From contig WRAD01000003.1 in NCBI GenBank assembly GCA_009780375.1, positions 1 through 48,631 on the forward strand: a stretch of 48,631 nt of DNA, in the 5' to 3' direction. This document shows positions 36,106 through 46,032 of the stretch, piece after piece. Position 1 is the stretch's first letter, and each line of letters opens with the position of its first letter. The notes below the pieces were generated by a model that saw only the letters and a program-made list of their open reading frames with translations, was not told where the DNA came from and did no database searches. Source of the DNA: Bacillota bacterium. GTDB lineage: Bacteria; Bacillota; Clostridia; Christensenellales; UBA1242. The translations under genes and the position numbers were made by a program.

Positions 36106-36750
36106 TTAGGCATTTGGCAAATTTCCACCATCTGCACCACTTCGATTTGCCATGCCATAAAGTTCATCATCTTGATGAATAATTTTAATTTTTGACAACA
36201 ACTCTTCATATGAAGGAAGATTGTCAATTGATTCAAGTTCAAAACGCTTAAGAAATTCATCGGTAGTTGCGTATAAGAGAGGTTTGCCAACTGTGTCTTT
36301 TTTGCCAACAACCTCTATAAGATTATTTTGAGAAAGTATTTGAACACCATATGCACTATCTACACCTCTAATATCATCGATTTCTATTCGGGTTATTGGT
36401 TGTTTATATGCTATGATAGCAAGTGTTTCAAGTGCCGCCTTGGTAAGGTTTTTTGTACGAATTGGATTAAGTATTTCTGCGACACGGTTGGCATATATTG
36501 GGTTGGTAGAAAATTGCCACATATTACGGTATTTTATAAGATGAATACCACAACTACCACTGTATTTTCTTTGTAATATTTTCATAGCATCAATTATTTC
36601 GGCTTCGACCATTTCAAGTTTACTTGCCAAATCTTTTGCCTCTACCCCATCACCATGAAGAAAAAGAATCGCCTCAATATGCTCTACTAGATTTTCAATT
36701 GGTGATGTTTTATCCGCAATTGCTTTGTTTTCAATAATTTGCTCTACCAT
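36106..36750 (-). CDS. scpB: Segregation and condensation protein B
   Basis: IEAILFLHGDGVEAKDL..., winged-helix repeats and RGVDSAYGVQIL. The ATG at 36750 follows GAGGGGGA. The gene lies immediately downstream of scpA. Confidence 0.85.
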   Translation of the reverse strand: MVEQIIENKAIADKTSPIENLVEHIEAILFLHGDGVEAKDLASKLEMVEAEIIDAMKILQRKYSGSCGIHLIKYRNMWQFSTNPIYANRVAEILNPIRTKNLTKAALETLAIIAYKQPITRIEIDDIRGVDSAYGVQILSQNNLIEVVGKKDTVGKPLLYATTDEFLKRFELESIDNLPSYEELLSKIKIIHQDDELYGMANRSGADGGNLPNA

Positions 36751-36775
36751 AATATCCCCCTCAAAAATATAACTA

Positions 36776-37567
36776 CTAATCAAGTATACCTTCTACAATT
36801 GTATAGGTCTGTGATGACTCTGTTGCTTCATCAAATTCTTTTGACATAAGTGTTATTTCACCAAATCTCTGCTCTTGAGCGACGACAATTTCTTGATTCT
36901 TAAGAAGTTCTAAAAGTGCCAAAAAAGTATTAATGACCTCACTTTTTGAAAAATCATTTTCAAATAATGCTGCAAATGGAATCTTCAAGTTCCTGTTTCT
37001 AAAACGCGTTCTTATTTCCTCCATTTTATCGGCAACGGTAAACCTGTCCATGCGAATTTGTTTTTCTTTTATTGGTGCCGCTTTTTGTTCAATCTTGTGC
37101 ATTATTTTTTGAAATGCAGACACAAGTGCCTCGATACTCAGATCTTCCATTGTATATTTTGTTATTACTTTTAACTGTGCCGCAGGTTTATAGAATCTGT
37201 CTACATTTTCGGCCAGTTTTAATTTTTCACTTGCCTCTTTAAGAAGTTTATATTCTTCTAGCTGTGCTTTGAGACGTGTTTCAATTTCTTCTTCGGTCAA
37301 TACTGGTTCATTTTTTTCTTTTGGAAGAATTTGTTTACTTTTGATTTCCATAAGTGTGGAACCGACCTCTATAAATTCAGATGCCAGGTCAAGATCAAGG
37401 TCATTTAAACCATGTAAAAAAGACATATATTGGGCGGTTACCATAGAAAGTTGAATTGTCTTTATATCAAGTTTTGCTTCTCTAATAAGATGCAAAAGCA
37501 AATCAAGTGGACCTTCGAAATCGGCCAACTTGACTTTGTACTCAATATTAGAACGAACCAAATTCAT
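36776..37567 (-). CDS. scpA: Segregation and condensation protein A (kleisin)
   Basis: YKVKLADFEGPLDLLLHLIREAKLDI is the canonical ScpA N-terminus. Length is 263 aa. Confidence 0.9.
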   Translation of the reverse strand: MNLVRSNIEYKVKLADFEGPLDLLLHLIREAKLDIKTIQLSMVTAQYMSFLHGLNDLDLDLASEFIEVGSTLMEIKSKQILPKEKNEPVLTEEEIETRLKAQLEEYKLLKEASEKLKLAENVDRFYKPAAQLKVITKYTMEDLSIEALVSAFQKIMHKIEQKAAPIKEKQIRMDRFTVADKMEEIRTRFRNRNLKIPFAALFENDFSKSEVINTFLALLELLKNQEIVVAQEQRFGEITLMSKEFDEATESSQTYTIVEGILD

Positions 37568-37714
37568 ATTCCATTATAGAACGAAAATCCCAAACCACAA
37601 AGGCAAATTTACTTTTTAAATAACAAGGTTTATTTTGCAAATCAACCAAGAAAATTGGAAAAATTAGGTGCGAGTGGTTTTGGAAATGGTAGGCATTAGA
37701 ACCTAGTTCGATGA

Positions 37715-38158
37715 TTATCCAACACCAACAGTTTCCCCAGAAACCGTCCGTGCAAGTTGCGAGCGATCTATATCAACTTCTCTGCTTCCAGAAAGATACG
37801 GGCTTTGATGAAGTGTTCTTGCATTCTTGCTGTGTCTTCGAAAACGGCCTTGAGGACAGTTTTCCCATATATTATGCTCTTGAACTTCGTGACCTGATGG
37901 AGCGATATGTTTTGGTATTGAAACATCTGGTCTCATAATTTGTGGGTTTGCTGCAGGGACACGAGCTATCCCTGGCCCAAAATCGTTTCCTAGATTTGGC
38001 AGAACATCCTCTGGATGTATATCTTGGTGCGTCGACATTACTGATGTCTGAGTTGGACCAAAAGCTTGACGAAGACTCTCCATACTTGCTTGCTCTCTTT
38101 GTGTTATTGCTTGATTATGATTTTGTGGTGTTCCTTGTGGACGGTGGAAACTGAACAT
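37715..38158 (-). CDS. Pro/Gln/His-rich low-complexity protein (147 aa), possible spore-associated protein
   Basis: The ATG at 38158 follows AAGGAGGA. MFSFHRPQGTPQNHNQAITQ... The ORF-track start at 38275 lies inside the upstream gene. Confidence 0.5.
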   Translation of the reverse strand: MFSFHRPQGTPQNHNQAITQREQASMESLRQAFGPTQTSVMSTHQDIHPEDVLPNLGNDFGPGIARVPAANPQIMRPDVSIPKHIAPSGHEVQEHNIWENCPQGRFRRHSKNARTLHQSPYLSGSREVDIDRSQLARTVSGETVGVG

Positions 38159-38219
38159 ATATCCTCCTTGATTAATTCCTAGGGGTATATATGTGACTTT
38201 ATTATCAAATGTTACAAAT

Positions 38220-39626
38220 TTAACTTTTAACTTTGTACTTTGAAACAATCTTCTTGATCGAGCCAAAGTAACCAAGTTTTTTTATATTGGTATTACTTAC
38301 AAGATCAATTTCTGCCTCAACTTTTCCTGCACGTGTTATAAAGATTTTACCTACAGAATCATTGGTTGTAAATGGTGCGTTAATTGTTTTATTGACTTCT
38401 ATTTTTATCTCAGATTGGTTTTTATCGCCTTTTTTTACAAGATCATAAAAGTCGGTTCTTGCAAATAAATCAACTTTGTCTTTCATTGCCCCCTTGACTT
38501 TGACCGTTGCCAATACATCATCTTTTGACACAACAAGTTTATTTTGATATGCTCCAAACACATGATCCATAAGGCGACCACTCTCTGAAAAACGAGTTTT
38601 ACTGTCTTGTGAACCGATTATAACCGCAACAGGCCTAAGGTCACCTCTTGTTGCCGATACGGTAATGCAATGCCCCGCCTCGGATGTGAATCCTGTTTTT
38701 CCACCTGTTATGCCATTATAAAAACGTGCATGGCGGTTTGTATTTGTAAGTCCTGTTACACGTCCACTTGGGTGTTGTAAATCATACATCCACGTTTTCT
38801 CATGTGTACCATAATATTTACTTTGCATCATATAGGCATATACTTTTGCAACATCTTCGGCAGTACTGTATGCACCTACCGCAGGCAAACCTGTCACATT
38901 GGCATAATTTGTGTTTTTCATCCCAAGTCTCTGTGAAAGTGCATTCATACGTGCAACGAACTCGGTTTCACTTCCAGCAACAAGTTCGGCCATTGCAACG
39001 CAACTGTCATTCGCAGACGCTATGATAATAGATTTTATAAGGTCATCAACACTGTATTCATTGTTTGTGTCTAAAAATGCTTGACTTCCTCCCATACCAC
39101 TTGAATTTTCCGATACGGTAACCATTTGATCAAGGGTGATTTCTCCTGCCTCAAGTGCATCATATATCACCGCAAGCGTTGTAATCTTAACCATACTTGC
39201 AATCGGCAATTTCTTATCACTGTCTTTATGATACAAAACTTTACCACTGTTTGCCTCCATTAAAAACGCCGCCTTTGATGTGATACCCAAGCCATTAATA
39301 TCTTCAATTTGACTTATCATATAACCAACATCAACGGCAAGGGGTTCAAAGCCCATTTCCTCGTTAAACATTGCATCCATTACCGCACCTTGTACCGCAA
39401 TTCCTTTGATGCCTTTTGATGTGCCCTCTGCATTTTTACCTTGTGGTAAAATCGCCCCACCGATTATGAATGCGGCAACACCTGTAAGTGCAACACCTGT
39501 AACGATTATTTTTTTTGCTTTATTACAAGCACCAGTATTTTTTACTTCAGATATTTTTTTTTCCATGAGCCTAGTTTTTGCAAACTGTTCAAAACTATTC
39601 ACAAATATTGAACTAGACCGTTGCAT
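38220..39626 (-). CDS. D-alanyl-D-alanine carboxypeptidase (peptidase S11, DacB/DacF-like)
   Basis: SxxK (ASMVKI), SxN (SANDS) and KTG (KTGFT) motifs, a C-terminal PBP5-type beta domain and an N-terminal TM segment. The start is uncertain: the alternative ATG at 39566 avoids the overlap with the upstream stop. Confidence 0.85.
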   Translation of the reverse strand: MQRSSSIFVNSFEQFAKTRLMEKKISEVKNTGACNKAKKIIVTGVALTGVAAFIIGGAILPQGKNAEGTSKGIKGIAVQGAVMDAMFNEEMGFEPLAVDVGYMISQIEDINGLGITSKAAFLMEANSGKVLYHKDSDKKLPIASMVKITTLAVIYDALEAGEITLDQMVTVSENSSGMGGSQAFLDTNNEYSVDDLIKSIIIASANDSCVAMAELVAGSETEFVARMNALSQRLGMKNTNYANVTGLPAVGAYSTAEDVAKVYAYMMQSKYYGTHEKTWMYDLQHPSGRVTGLTNTNRHARFYNGITGGKTGFTSEAGHCITVSATRGDLRPVAVIIGSQDSKTRFSESGRLMDHVFGAYQNKLVVSKDDVLATVKVKGAMKDKVDLFARTDFYDLVKKGDKNQSEIKIEVNKTINAPFTTNDSVGKIFITRAGKVEAEIDLVSNTNIKKLGYFGSIKKIVSKYKVKS

Positions 39627-42312
39627 GAATTATTATCTGATTTGCCCCTACATGTGTTCCCCATGAACTTGTAATATTTAAACGAATTATTCTTGTCCGA
39701 ACACCATCAACAGTAATAACTGAACGCCCTGCACTTGCGTTTACACCAACAAATGCGGTGCCTAATCTTATTCCATTACTTCCCGAAAAGTATGCATCAC
39801 GCGTACGATGTGACCCAGATGAAAAGCGATTATAAAATACTATACGATGCACAGTTATATAGTAATTAAGTTCAAGTTGCAACCAACCTGTTCTGGAATT
39901 TCTTGTCCACTGAACCGCCGCAAAACCCGCGGCATTTCCAGGTCCTACATCACCAACCCAACCATCAAATGCACCAAAAGGATGTCGCCCTGCGGTATTT
40001 GCCGCACCTGTTATCGTTCCATGTTCATTGGTTGCCGATGTCCATGTCGGCTGCACCCATCTTTGAACGGAAGGGTCATTTGTGAAAATTCTGATTTCAT
40101 TTGCACCAATTGCATCGCCCCACGAGTTAAGCACATTAAGTCGTATGATATGGGTCCTTACGTTAGGCACATTAATAAATGTAGAACTTCTGTTAAGATT
40201 ATTTCCTCGAAACATGCCACCAAGTGGCACACCGTTTGCACCGGTAAAATATGCATCTCGTGTACGCCCTGAACCAGAACGATTTATGAATTGAATCTGG
40301 TGAATGTATACCGCATAATTCAACCGAAGTTCAATCCATCCAGAAGTATCAAGTTTTGTCCATTGCGAGGCATTGAACCCTGCACTTGTTCCTGCGGCCA
40401 CGGTTCCTACCCAGCCATCAAATGCACCAAATGGCTCTCGCCCTCCTTCATAATAACCACTTGCGGTTATTGTTCCGTGTTCACTGTAATTACTTGTAAA
40501 ATGTGGTACGCTTGCCCCTGCAAATTCGCCTTGTGTTATTTGTCTGAAACCCGCCCAACTTTGTCTTGGTTGAATGACACCTGTATGGTCATTTGGCACA
40601 TACAGTGTGATTTGCGATCTTGCCAAACCTGCGGTTGCGGTGTCGTGGAATGTTGTTAATCGGTTTAGTAATGTTATTGATTTAAGGCTTGTTGCACCGA
40701 TAAATGCATAAGCACCAATTTCACGGACACTTGATGGAACGATGAGGTGTTCGATTGTGGTGTTATTTCTGAAGGTCTCGGCCGGGATTGTTGTTATGCC
40801 GTGTGGAACCTTAACTGTTGTATAACCTGGAAAATGAAACATAGAAGAAACTACCGCTCTGTATGCATTCAAGCGTCCACCCGACACAGATATGTTTTGC
40901 AGATTTGCATTGGTATCAACAGTATTCATCAATATGTTTCTAATTTCATCAGGACGATATAACAATTCAGGATTACCAGATATCATCAATGCCGCCACTC
41001 CAGCGACGTGTGGTGCACTGCTAGAGGTGCCATTGAAAACATTGGTATACGCATTATTAAATGCTGTTGTTCTGATATTTGTACCAGGGGCAAAAATATC
41101 AACAGTTGTTGCACCGAAATTAGAACCCCAACCAAAGTTGGCAGGTATAATTCTACGGTCTTGTTGGTCTGATGCTCCGACAGAAATGACATTTGGAAGT
41201 CTGTAACTTGCTGGGAATTGGGCACCACTATCAACCCAACCTACTTGAAAATTTTGCACATCATTATTCCAATTAGCATTCCCTGCGGCTCCTACAAACA
41301 GCCCAGGGAAAGCAGCGATTGCGTTTGCATGAGCAGTGCTTGGTCCTGCAGAATAACGAACTCCATTTACAGTTTGTGTAAAACGAAAACTAGCATTAAC
41401 GATGCTAACATTATTATTTCTTGCGAATGTTAAAGACCCAACCAAGTCATTCCAACTAAGAGGCACTATAGATGCTCCTCTTGCGACACCAGAAATAGAC
41501 CCAGCAATTATTCCTGCGACACTAATCCCATGAGCATCGTTTGGATTTGGAGCAATATTTCCTTGCAACAGTCTATTCCCCAATGATGTATGTGGGAGAA
41601 CTCCACCTTCCATAACACCCACTCTAATTCCTGCGCCATTTCCAGCGATTGACCAAGCATCTGTGACATTAATCCTGTCAAGCCCCCAATGACCAGTTGC
41701 ATTTGTTACAGGCACCCAATTGAAACTTGGCTCTGCCGCCAAGACCTTGTCAAGAGTTTCCAGTTCTTCAATTGAGGCAAGCACATTATCTTTGCCGCTA
41801 TCAACCAACCTCAAAGACAAAATTTGATTGAAACTTGAAAAGTGTCTTTCCTCGGCTGAAAAATTCCTCTCTGTTGCAGTTGCAGAGTTTAAAAATTTAT
41901 TTTTCATTCTACTATCTGTAAAATATGTCAAGTCTTCTACATCAGCAAACATCACACTGGACCTTTGTCTTGAATTAACACTAAAATCATCTGCACTAAA
42001 AGAATTGTTTGGAATGCTGTACGCGCTCCTAAGTGTAACGATGATAGTTTCATCACAGAAATCCTCATCAATACTAAAGGTTCGGTCAAACCTAATATCC
42101 CTCTCGAAAGTTTCGCCACCCCTTGTGATCACTCGAGTATATTCTTTACCAAGTTCACTATCAACACTCCTAACTTCATTAAACGACTGAGCATATACTT
42201 GTGAGTTTGCTTGTTGTGGCGGTGGCACTACGAAGACGCTTGCTACAACAAGTATCAACAAACTCGCAAGCAAAGTCGTTTTCTTAGCATTTTTCAACAA
42301 AAAGTTTTTCAT
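39613..42312 (-). CDS. Secreted subtilisin-family (S8) peptidase with prodomain, BspA-type LRR segment and two F5/8-type-C (discoidin)-like domains
   Basis: Signal peptide, then a prodomain-like segment (FNQILSLRLVDSGKDNVLASIEELETLDKVLAAEP). S8 motifs are HGISVAG and GTSSSAPHVAG. The Asp motif reads VGVMEGG. TIPAETFRNNTTIEHLIVPSSVREIGAYAFIGATSLKSI is the LRR_5-like segment. Two units of about 150 aa follow (EHGTIT...PFGAFDGWVG...RTRDAYF...IRLN). Confidence 0.85.
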   Translation of the reverse strand: MKNFLLKNAKKTTLLASLLILVVASVFVVPPPQQANSQVYAQSFNEVRSVDSELGKEYTRVITRGGETFERDIRFDRTFSIDEDFCDETIIVTLRSAYSIPNNSFSADDFSVNSRQRSSVMFADVEDLTYFTDSRMKNKFLNSATATERNFSAEERHFSSFNQILSLRLVDSGKDNVLASIEELETLDKVLAAEPSFNWVPVTNATGHWGLDRINVTDAWSIAGNGAGIRVGVMEGGVLPHTSLGNRLLQGNIAPNPNDAHGISVAGIIAGSISGVARGASIVPLSWNDLVGSLTFARNNNVSIVNASFRFTQTVNGVRYSAGPSTAHANAIAAFPGLFVGAAGNANWNNDVQNFQVGWVDSGAQFPASYRLPNVISVGASDQQDRRIIPANFGWGSNFGATTVDIFAPGTNIRTTAFNNAYTNVFNGTSSSAPHVAGVAALMISGNPELLYRPDEIRNILMNTVDTNANLQNISVSGGRLNAYRAVVSSMFHFPGYTTVKVPHGITTIPAETFRNNTTIEHLIVPSSVREIGAYAFIGATSLKSITLLNRLTTFHDTATAGLARSQITLYVPNDHTGVIQPRQSWAGFRQITQGEFAGASVPHFTSNYSEHGTITASGYYEGGREPFGAFDGWVGTVAAGTSAGFNASQWTKLDTSGWIELRLNYAVYIHQIQFINRSGSGRTRDAYFTGANGVPLGGMFRGNNLNRSSTFINVPNVRTHIIRLNVLNSWGDAIGANEIRIFTNDPSVQRWVQPTWTSATNEHGTITGAANTAGRHPFGAFDGWVGDVGPGNAAGFAAVQWTRNSRTGWLQLELNYYITVHRIVFYNRFSSGSHRTRDAYFSGSNGIRLGTAFVGVNASAGRSVITVDGVRTRIIRLNITSSWGTHVGANQIIIHATV
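39616..40530 (-). repeat. Internal tandem duplication encoding two discoidin-like domains
   Basis: Domain 1 is about 40060..40530 and domain 2 about 39616..40059. Conserved blocks are EHGTIT, PFGAFDGWVG, SGW(I/L)xLxLNY, RTRDAYF(T/S)G(A/S)NG, VRT(H/R)IIRLN and GAN(E/Q)I. Confidence 0.8.
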
Positions 42313-42334
42313 TTTATTCCCCCAAAATTTTGTT

Positions 42335-42838
42335 TTATTTCACCTGTATTCTAACTGAATCTATTCTCAAGGTAATTGGTGTTGTATTCCCATTTGCAAA
42401 AAAGATTGCCTCTGCCCAAACATGATACTCTCCAGCAGTGTTCAAAGTTTCCTCAACTGTTCGAGTCAAAACGCTATCTTTTGCTATATTCGCTTTTACA
42501 CTTTTTACTTTAGTGTCAACAGCAGGCATATGTCCATCTAAAAGAATTCCGAGATGTATCTTATTCTCACCAGTTGCTGATGTATAAATATCTCGTTGGA
42601 TAAATTCGATTTCTACAGCGCTGCCACTCAAATTTATAAGCGTAGAAGTGACTTTTATTTTATCACCAATGCTGGCATTTTTTTTGTTGACATCAATCTC
42701 TAATCTGAAGTTGCCACAAGCCGATAAGTATCCGACTGGGTTTTCTCCTTTATCTCCGTTTCTGCTTCCGCAACCTACCATTACAATAGATGTTATCATG
42801 ACCAAAGAAAGCAGTGCAATCAGTTTCAATTTTTTCAC
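42335..42838 (-). CDS. Lipoprotein with Ig-like domain, possibly BsuPI-type proteinase inhibitor-like
   Basis: The GTG at 42838 follows AAGGGGGAA. VKKLKLIALLSLVMITSIVMVGCG carries the lipobox. The pattern IGDKIKVTSTLINLSGSAVEIEF...GEYHVWAEAIF is reminiscent of the BsuPI fold. The gene is directly upstream of the S8 protease. Confidence 0.5.
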   Translation of the reverse strand: MKKLKLIALLSLVMITSIVMVGCGSRNGDKGENPVGYLSACGNFRLEIDVNKKNASIGDKIKVTSTLINLSGSAVEIEFIQRDIYTSATGENKIHLGILLDGHMPAVDTKVKSVKANIAKDSVLTRTVEETLNTAGEYHVWAEAIFFANGNTTPITLRIDSVRIQVK

Positions 42839-42955
42839 GCAGTTCCCCCTTTTAACACAACACCACAACTTATATTGCATAAATCAATATACCATAATTA
42901 ACGCCAACAATGATACAACAACCTTTTTCACAATTTAATCCCCCTGTTTTTAATT

Positions 42956-43402
42956 TTATTTTTGGTGAATATTCCAAATTATTCCTATATTTCCACTTGT
43001 CAGCAAACCTTTTTCAAATGCTTGTGTGAGAGTATAAAAACTACCATCATGCCATACGAGAACTTGATGCCCTGGTTGGGGATAATTAAAGGTTCTACCT
43101 GCAACTGTTTCTGTTCCACCCCAAATGTCTATCATTAAATTAAAACCATCATCGATTGACACTGCAATCGCACCATTAAAAGTCCCAAAATAAACATGGA
43201 TACGTACATAGTCAATTGACTCAATATCTGCCCCTCTTGGAGAGGAATTAAAATAGTCCTGTCTTATCGTAAGTGCAATTTCTGAATCTAATTTCATACC
43301 ATTTCCTCCATTGTTGTTCCCACAGGCCACAAAGATGACAGAAGCCATCAAAAACAAACAGCCAATACCAAATGCAATCAGTGTTTTTTGAATCTTTCTC
43401 AT
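42956..43402 (-). CDS. Lipoprotein of unknown function
   Basis: Signal peptide plus lipobox FVACG. The segment VYFGTFNGAIAV...VWHDGSFYTLTQAFEKGLLT recalls a recurrent Firmicutes lipoprotein family. Confidence 0.6.
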   Translation of the reverse strand: MRKIQKTLIAFGIGCLFLMASVIFVACGNNNGGNGMKLDSEIALTIRQDYFNSSPRGADIESIDYVRIHVYFGTFNGAIAVSIDDGFNLMIDIWGGTETVAGRTFNYPQPGHQVLVWHDGSFYTLTQAFEKGLLTSGNIGIIWNIHQK

Positions 43403-43476
43403 ATTCTTTCTCCTTTTATGTATCAGTATAGAAGATTAAATATGAATTAGTCAACAACTTTGTATGACAGAGACTT

Positions 43477-44205
43477 TTAATTTGCCTCCGCCATATGTTC
43501 GCGAAATTGAGATAATACGCGTTGTTCTATGCGAGAAACTTGGACTTGGGAAATGCCAAGTGCCTTTGCAATTTGGCTTTGCGTTTGGTTACGAAAGTAA
43601 CGCAAAATAATAACCTTACGATCACGAATGTCAAGGGCGGCAAGCATATTTTTAAGCATAAGTTGATCTACAGGATCGGTTGTGACGGCGGCCGGCAAAC
43701 GCTCGGCAATAGATAACTTTTCCCCATCACCATGCGAATCGGATTTATCAAATAAAGCAAGAGGCATTTGTGCCGCTTCCATTGCATAAACAATATCTTC
43801 ACGCGTTACTTCAAGTTCTGTTGCTATTTCATCGATTGTTGGGCTGTGCTCTCTGCCTTGGCATGTTGCAAGGAATCGCTTGATTCTTGTATAAAGCGTT
43901 TTAACACTGCGACTTACCTTGATTGTACCGTCATCACGTAAAAAGCGTTTTACTTCGCCGGCAATAAGAGGAACAGCATAAGTTGTAAACTTTACATTAT
44001 ATTTATCATCGTATTTATTAATTGCCTTGACAAAACCCATGCATCCAAGTTGATACAAGTCATCATAGTCAACACCTTTTCCTATATATCTTTTAACTAT
44101 ACTTTTTATAAGTGGAGAATTGCGTTGAAGTAACTCGGTTTTGGCACTGTCACTGCCTTCTTTTGCCTCGATAAGAAGGGCTTTGGTTTGTTCTACAGTA
44201 AGCAT
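43477..44205 (-). CDS. sigF: Sporulation sigma factor F
   Basis: DDLYQLGCMGFVKAINKYDDKYNVKFTTYAVPLIAGEVKRFLRDDGTIKVSRS closely parallels B. subtilis SigF. It is the third gene of the spoIIA operon. Confidence 0.9.
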   Translation of the reverse strand: MLTVEQTKALLIEAKEGSDSAKTELLQRNSPLIKSIVKRYIGKGVDYDDLYQLGCMGFVKAINKYDDKYNVKFTTYAVPLIAGEVKRFLRDDGTIKVSRSVKTLYTRIKRFLATCQGREHSPTIDEIATELEVTREDIVYAMEAAQMPLALFDKSDSHGDGEKLSIAERLPAAVTTDPVDQLMLKNMLAALDIRDRKVIILRYFRNQTQSQIAKALGISQVQVSRIEQRVLSQFREHMAEAN

Positions 44206-44223
44206 ATTTTTGTACCCTCCCCT

Positions 44224-44739
44224 TTAGACTGCGTTTTCTTTTGGGGTAGAATTTTTGACAAAGAATTTTTGCATTGTTATAGTTGTTCCCTTGTTAGGGC
44301 GACTTGAAACATTTAAATTGTCCATAAAAGATTGCATAACGGTAAAGCCCATACCACTTCGTTCTTCTTCTGGCTTGGTTGTGTGAAAAGGCTGCATCGC
44401 TTGTTCAATATCGTTTATACCTTTGCCTTTATCTGTGACCTTTATACGAATACTGTCATTAAATAATTCTGCCTCAATCACAATTGTTGGCATAGTGTAA
44501 TCTGTTGATGGAAGATGCACACCCTTTAACTTGATTATACCTTCACCATATGCATGTACGATTGCATTGGTAACCGCCTCGGATACCGCAGTTTTGATAT
44601 CATTGATTTCATCCAGAGTCGGGTCAAGTTGACTTGCAAATGCCGCGACAGTTGTACGTGCAAAACTCTCGTTTATACTCTGTGCAGACAATTCAAGTCG
44701 CATTGCATTAATTGGGTCGGCAATTAGTTTTTTGGTCAT
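44224..44739 (-). CDS. spoIIAB: Anti-sigma F factor (serine kinase) SpoIIAB
   Basis: [42 protein letters not shown] and [16 protein letters not shown] match SpoIIAB. SD is AAGGAGA. Confidence 0.9.
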   Translation of the reverse strand: MTKKLIADPINAMRLELSAQSINESFARTTVAAFASQLDPTLDEINDIKTAVSEAVTNAIVHAYGEGIIKLKGVHLPSTDYTMPTIVIEAELFNDSIRIKVTDKGKGINDIEQAMQPFHTTKPEEERSGMGFTVMQSFMDNLNVSSRPNKGTTITMQKFFVKNSTPKENAV

Positions 44740-44767
44740 TATATTGGTCTCCTTGATAAATTCGGAT

Positions 44768-45076
44768 TTAGTTGGCCTTTGGCATAATTGAATAAAGCCC
44801 TGTCATTTTGAAAATACGTTCTGCCTGTGATGAAGGATTGGCGACATAAATTGGCACGTTACGATCTCGCATTTTTTTATAGCGGCCAATAAGAACCCCT
44901 ATACCGGTCGAGTCCATAAATTTAAGATTTGCAAGATCAATGATAATTTGCCCTGCCCTTGTTTGAACCATATGGTGATCAAGTTGCCCACGTGTAAATT
45001 CGGCGGTATGATGGTCAAGTTCACCGTCAAGCGAAATATAAAGTGTGCCTTGATGCATTTTTGTGCGAACATTCAT
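44768..45076 (-). CDS. spoIIAA: Anti-sigma F factor antagonist SpoIIAA (STAS domain)
   Basis: 102 aa with the STAS-type motif [18 protein letters not shown]. It is the first gene of spoIIAA-spoIIAB-sigF. Confidence 0.9.
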   Translation of the reverse strand: MNVRTKMHQGTLYISLDGELDHHTAEFTRGQLDHHMVQTRAGQIIIDLANLKFMDSTGIGVLIGRYKKMRDRNVPIYVANPSSQAERIFKMTGLYSIMPKAN

Positions 45077-45347
45077 GATTTAATTATAGATTTGATAATT
45101 GGTTTCATATTGGCGATTATTGACATATTTTAAGAATACAAGTCGAAAATTATGTTCCTTATAAAAAGAAAAAAGAAACCGCCTTAATAGTAACAAAAGA
45201 AACAAAGGAAACGGTAACTAATATGTAAAAAGTTTTTAGGCGAATTTGAAGATAAAGTGAGCACAATGTCAAAATAAGAACCGAAGCAAAGAAAGATAAA
45301 ATCAAGTGCAGATTTAAAACATTGTACATCCCCATTATTATGTTAGA

Positions 45348-45974
45348 TTATTTATTTTTATTGCAGTGGGTGTATATTGCACAATCTTCGCATTTAGGCG
45401 AAATTGCTTTGCAATAATATCGCCCAAATAAAACCATATAAAGATGGTATCTTCCCCAGTTTTGTGGCGACCACAACCCTGCCAAATCTTTTTCAATTAT
45501 ATATGGATTTTTGCTTGTTGTAAAGCCAAGTCGATTTGAAACACGTATGACGTGTGTGTCTACTGCTATTGCAGGTTTATTATAAAATTCTGCAACAAAA
45601 ACAGATGCTGTTTTTCGTCCAATACCTGGTAACTTTTCGAGAACACAGACTTCGTCAGGAATTTTTCCTTGGAATTGCTTTTGCAATATTTTACAAAGTG
45701 CAATTATATTTTTGGACTTGTTTCGATAAAATCCAGTTGAGTAAATTTCTTTTTCAAGTTCGCTTGTGTTGGCATCTGCATAGTCTCCAATTGTCCTGTA
45801 TTTTTGAAACAAAGTTCTGGTTACTGTGTTGACACGCTTGTCGGTGCACTGAGCAGATAAAATTATTGCAACAAGTAAATCTATGTCACTTGCATAATCA
45901 AGTTCGCATTTTGGCATCTTCCCAAATAAACTTTCAAAATATTGAAATATTGAAATTATTTTTTCATCTTCCAT
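45348..45974 (-). CDS. nth: Endonuclease III
   Basis: HhH-GPD motif (LPGIGRKTASVF, VDTHV) and a C-terminal 4Fe-4S cluster loop, CKAISPKCEDCAIYTHC. Confidence 0.9.
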   Translation of the reverse strand: MEDEKIISIFQYFESLFGKMPKCELDYASDIDLLVAIILSAQCTDKRVNTVTRTLFQKYRTIGDYADANTSELEKEIYSTGFYRNKSKNIIALCKILQKQFQGKIPDEVCVLEKLPGIGRKTASVFVAEFYNKPAIAVDTHVIRVSNRLGFTTSKNPYIIEKDLAGLWSPQNWGRYHLYMVLFGRYYCKAISPKCEDCAIYTHCNKNK

Positions 45975-46032
45975 AGTACCAATTATACATAAAACCTTTC
46001 ACGAACACAACCCTCGTCACATATATAACCAT

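Noticed and set aside
45077-45347. Sigma-H promoter and Spo0A boxes upstream of spoIIAA
   Set aside because: There is only a near-match 0A box (AGTCGAA near 45141). An AGGAAC...CGACT pair has the wrong spacing and a mismatched -10, which is not enough to call a promoter.
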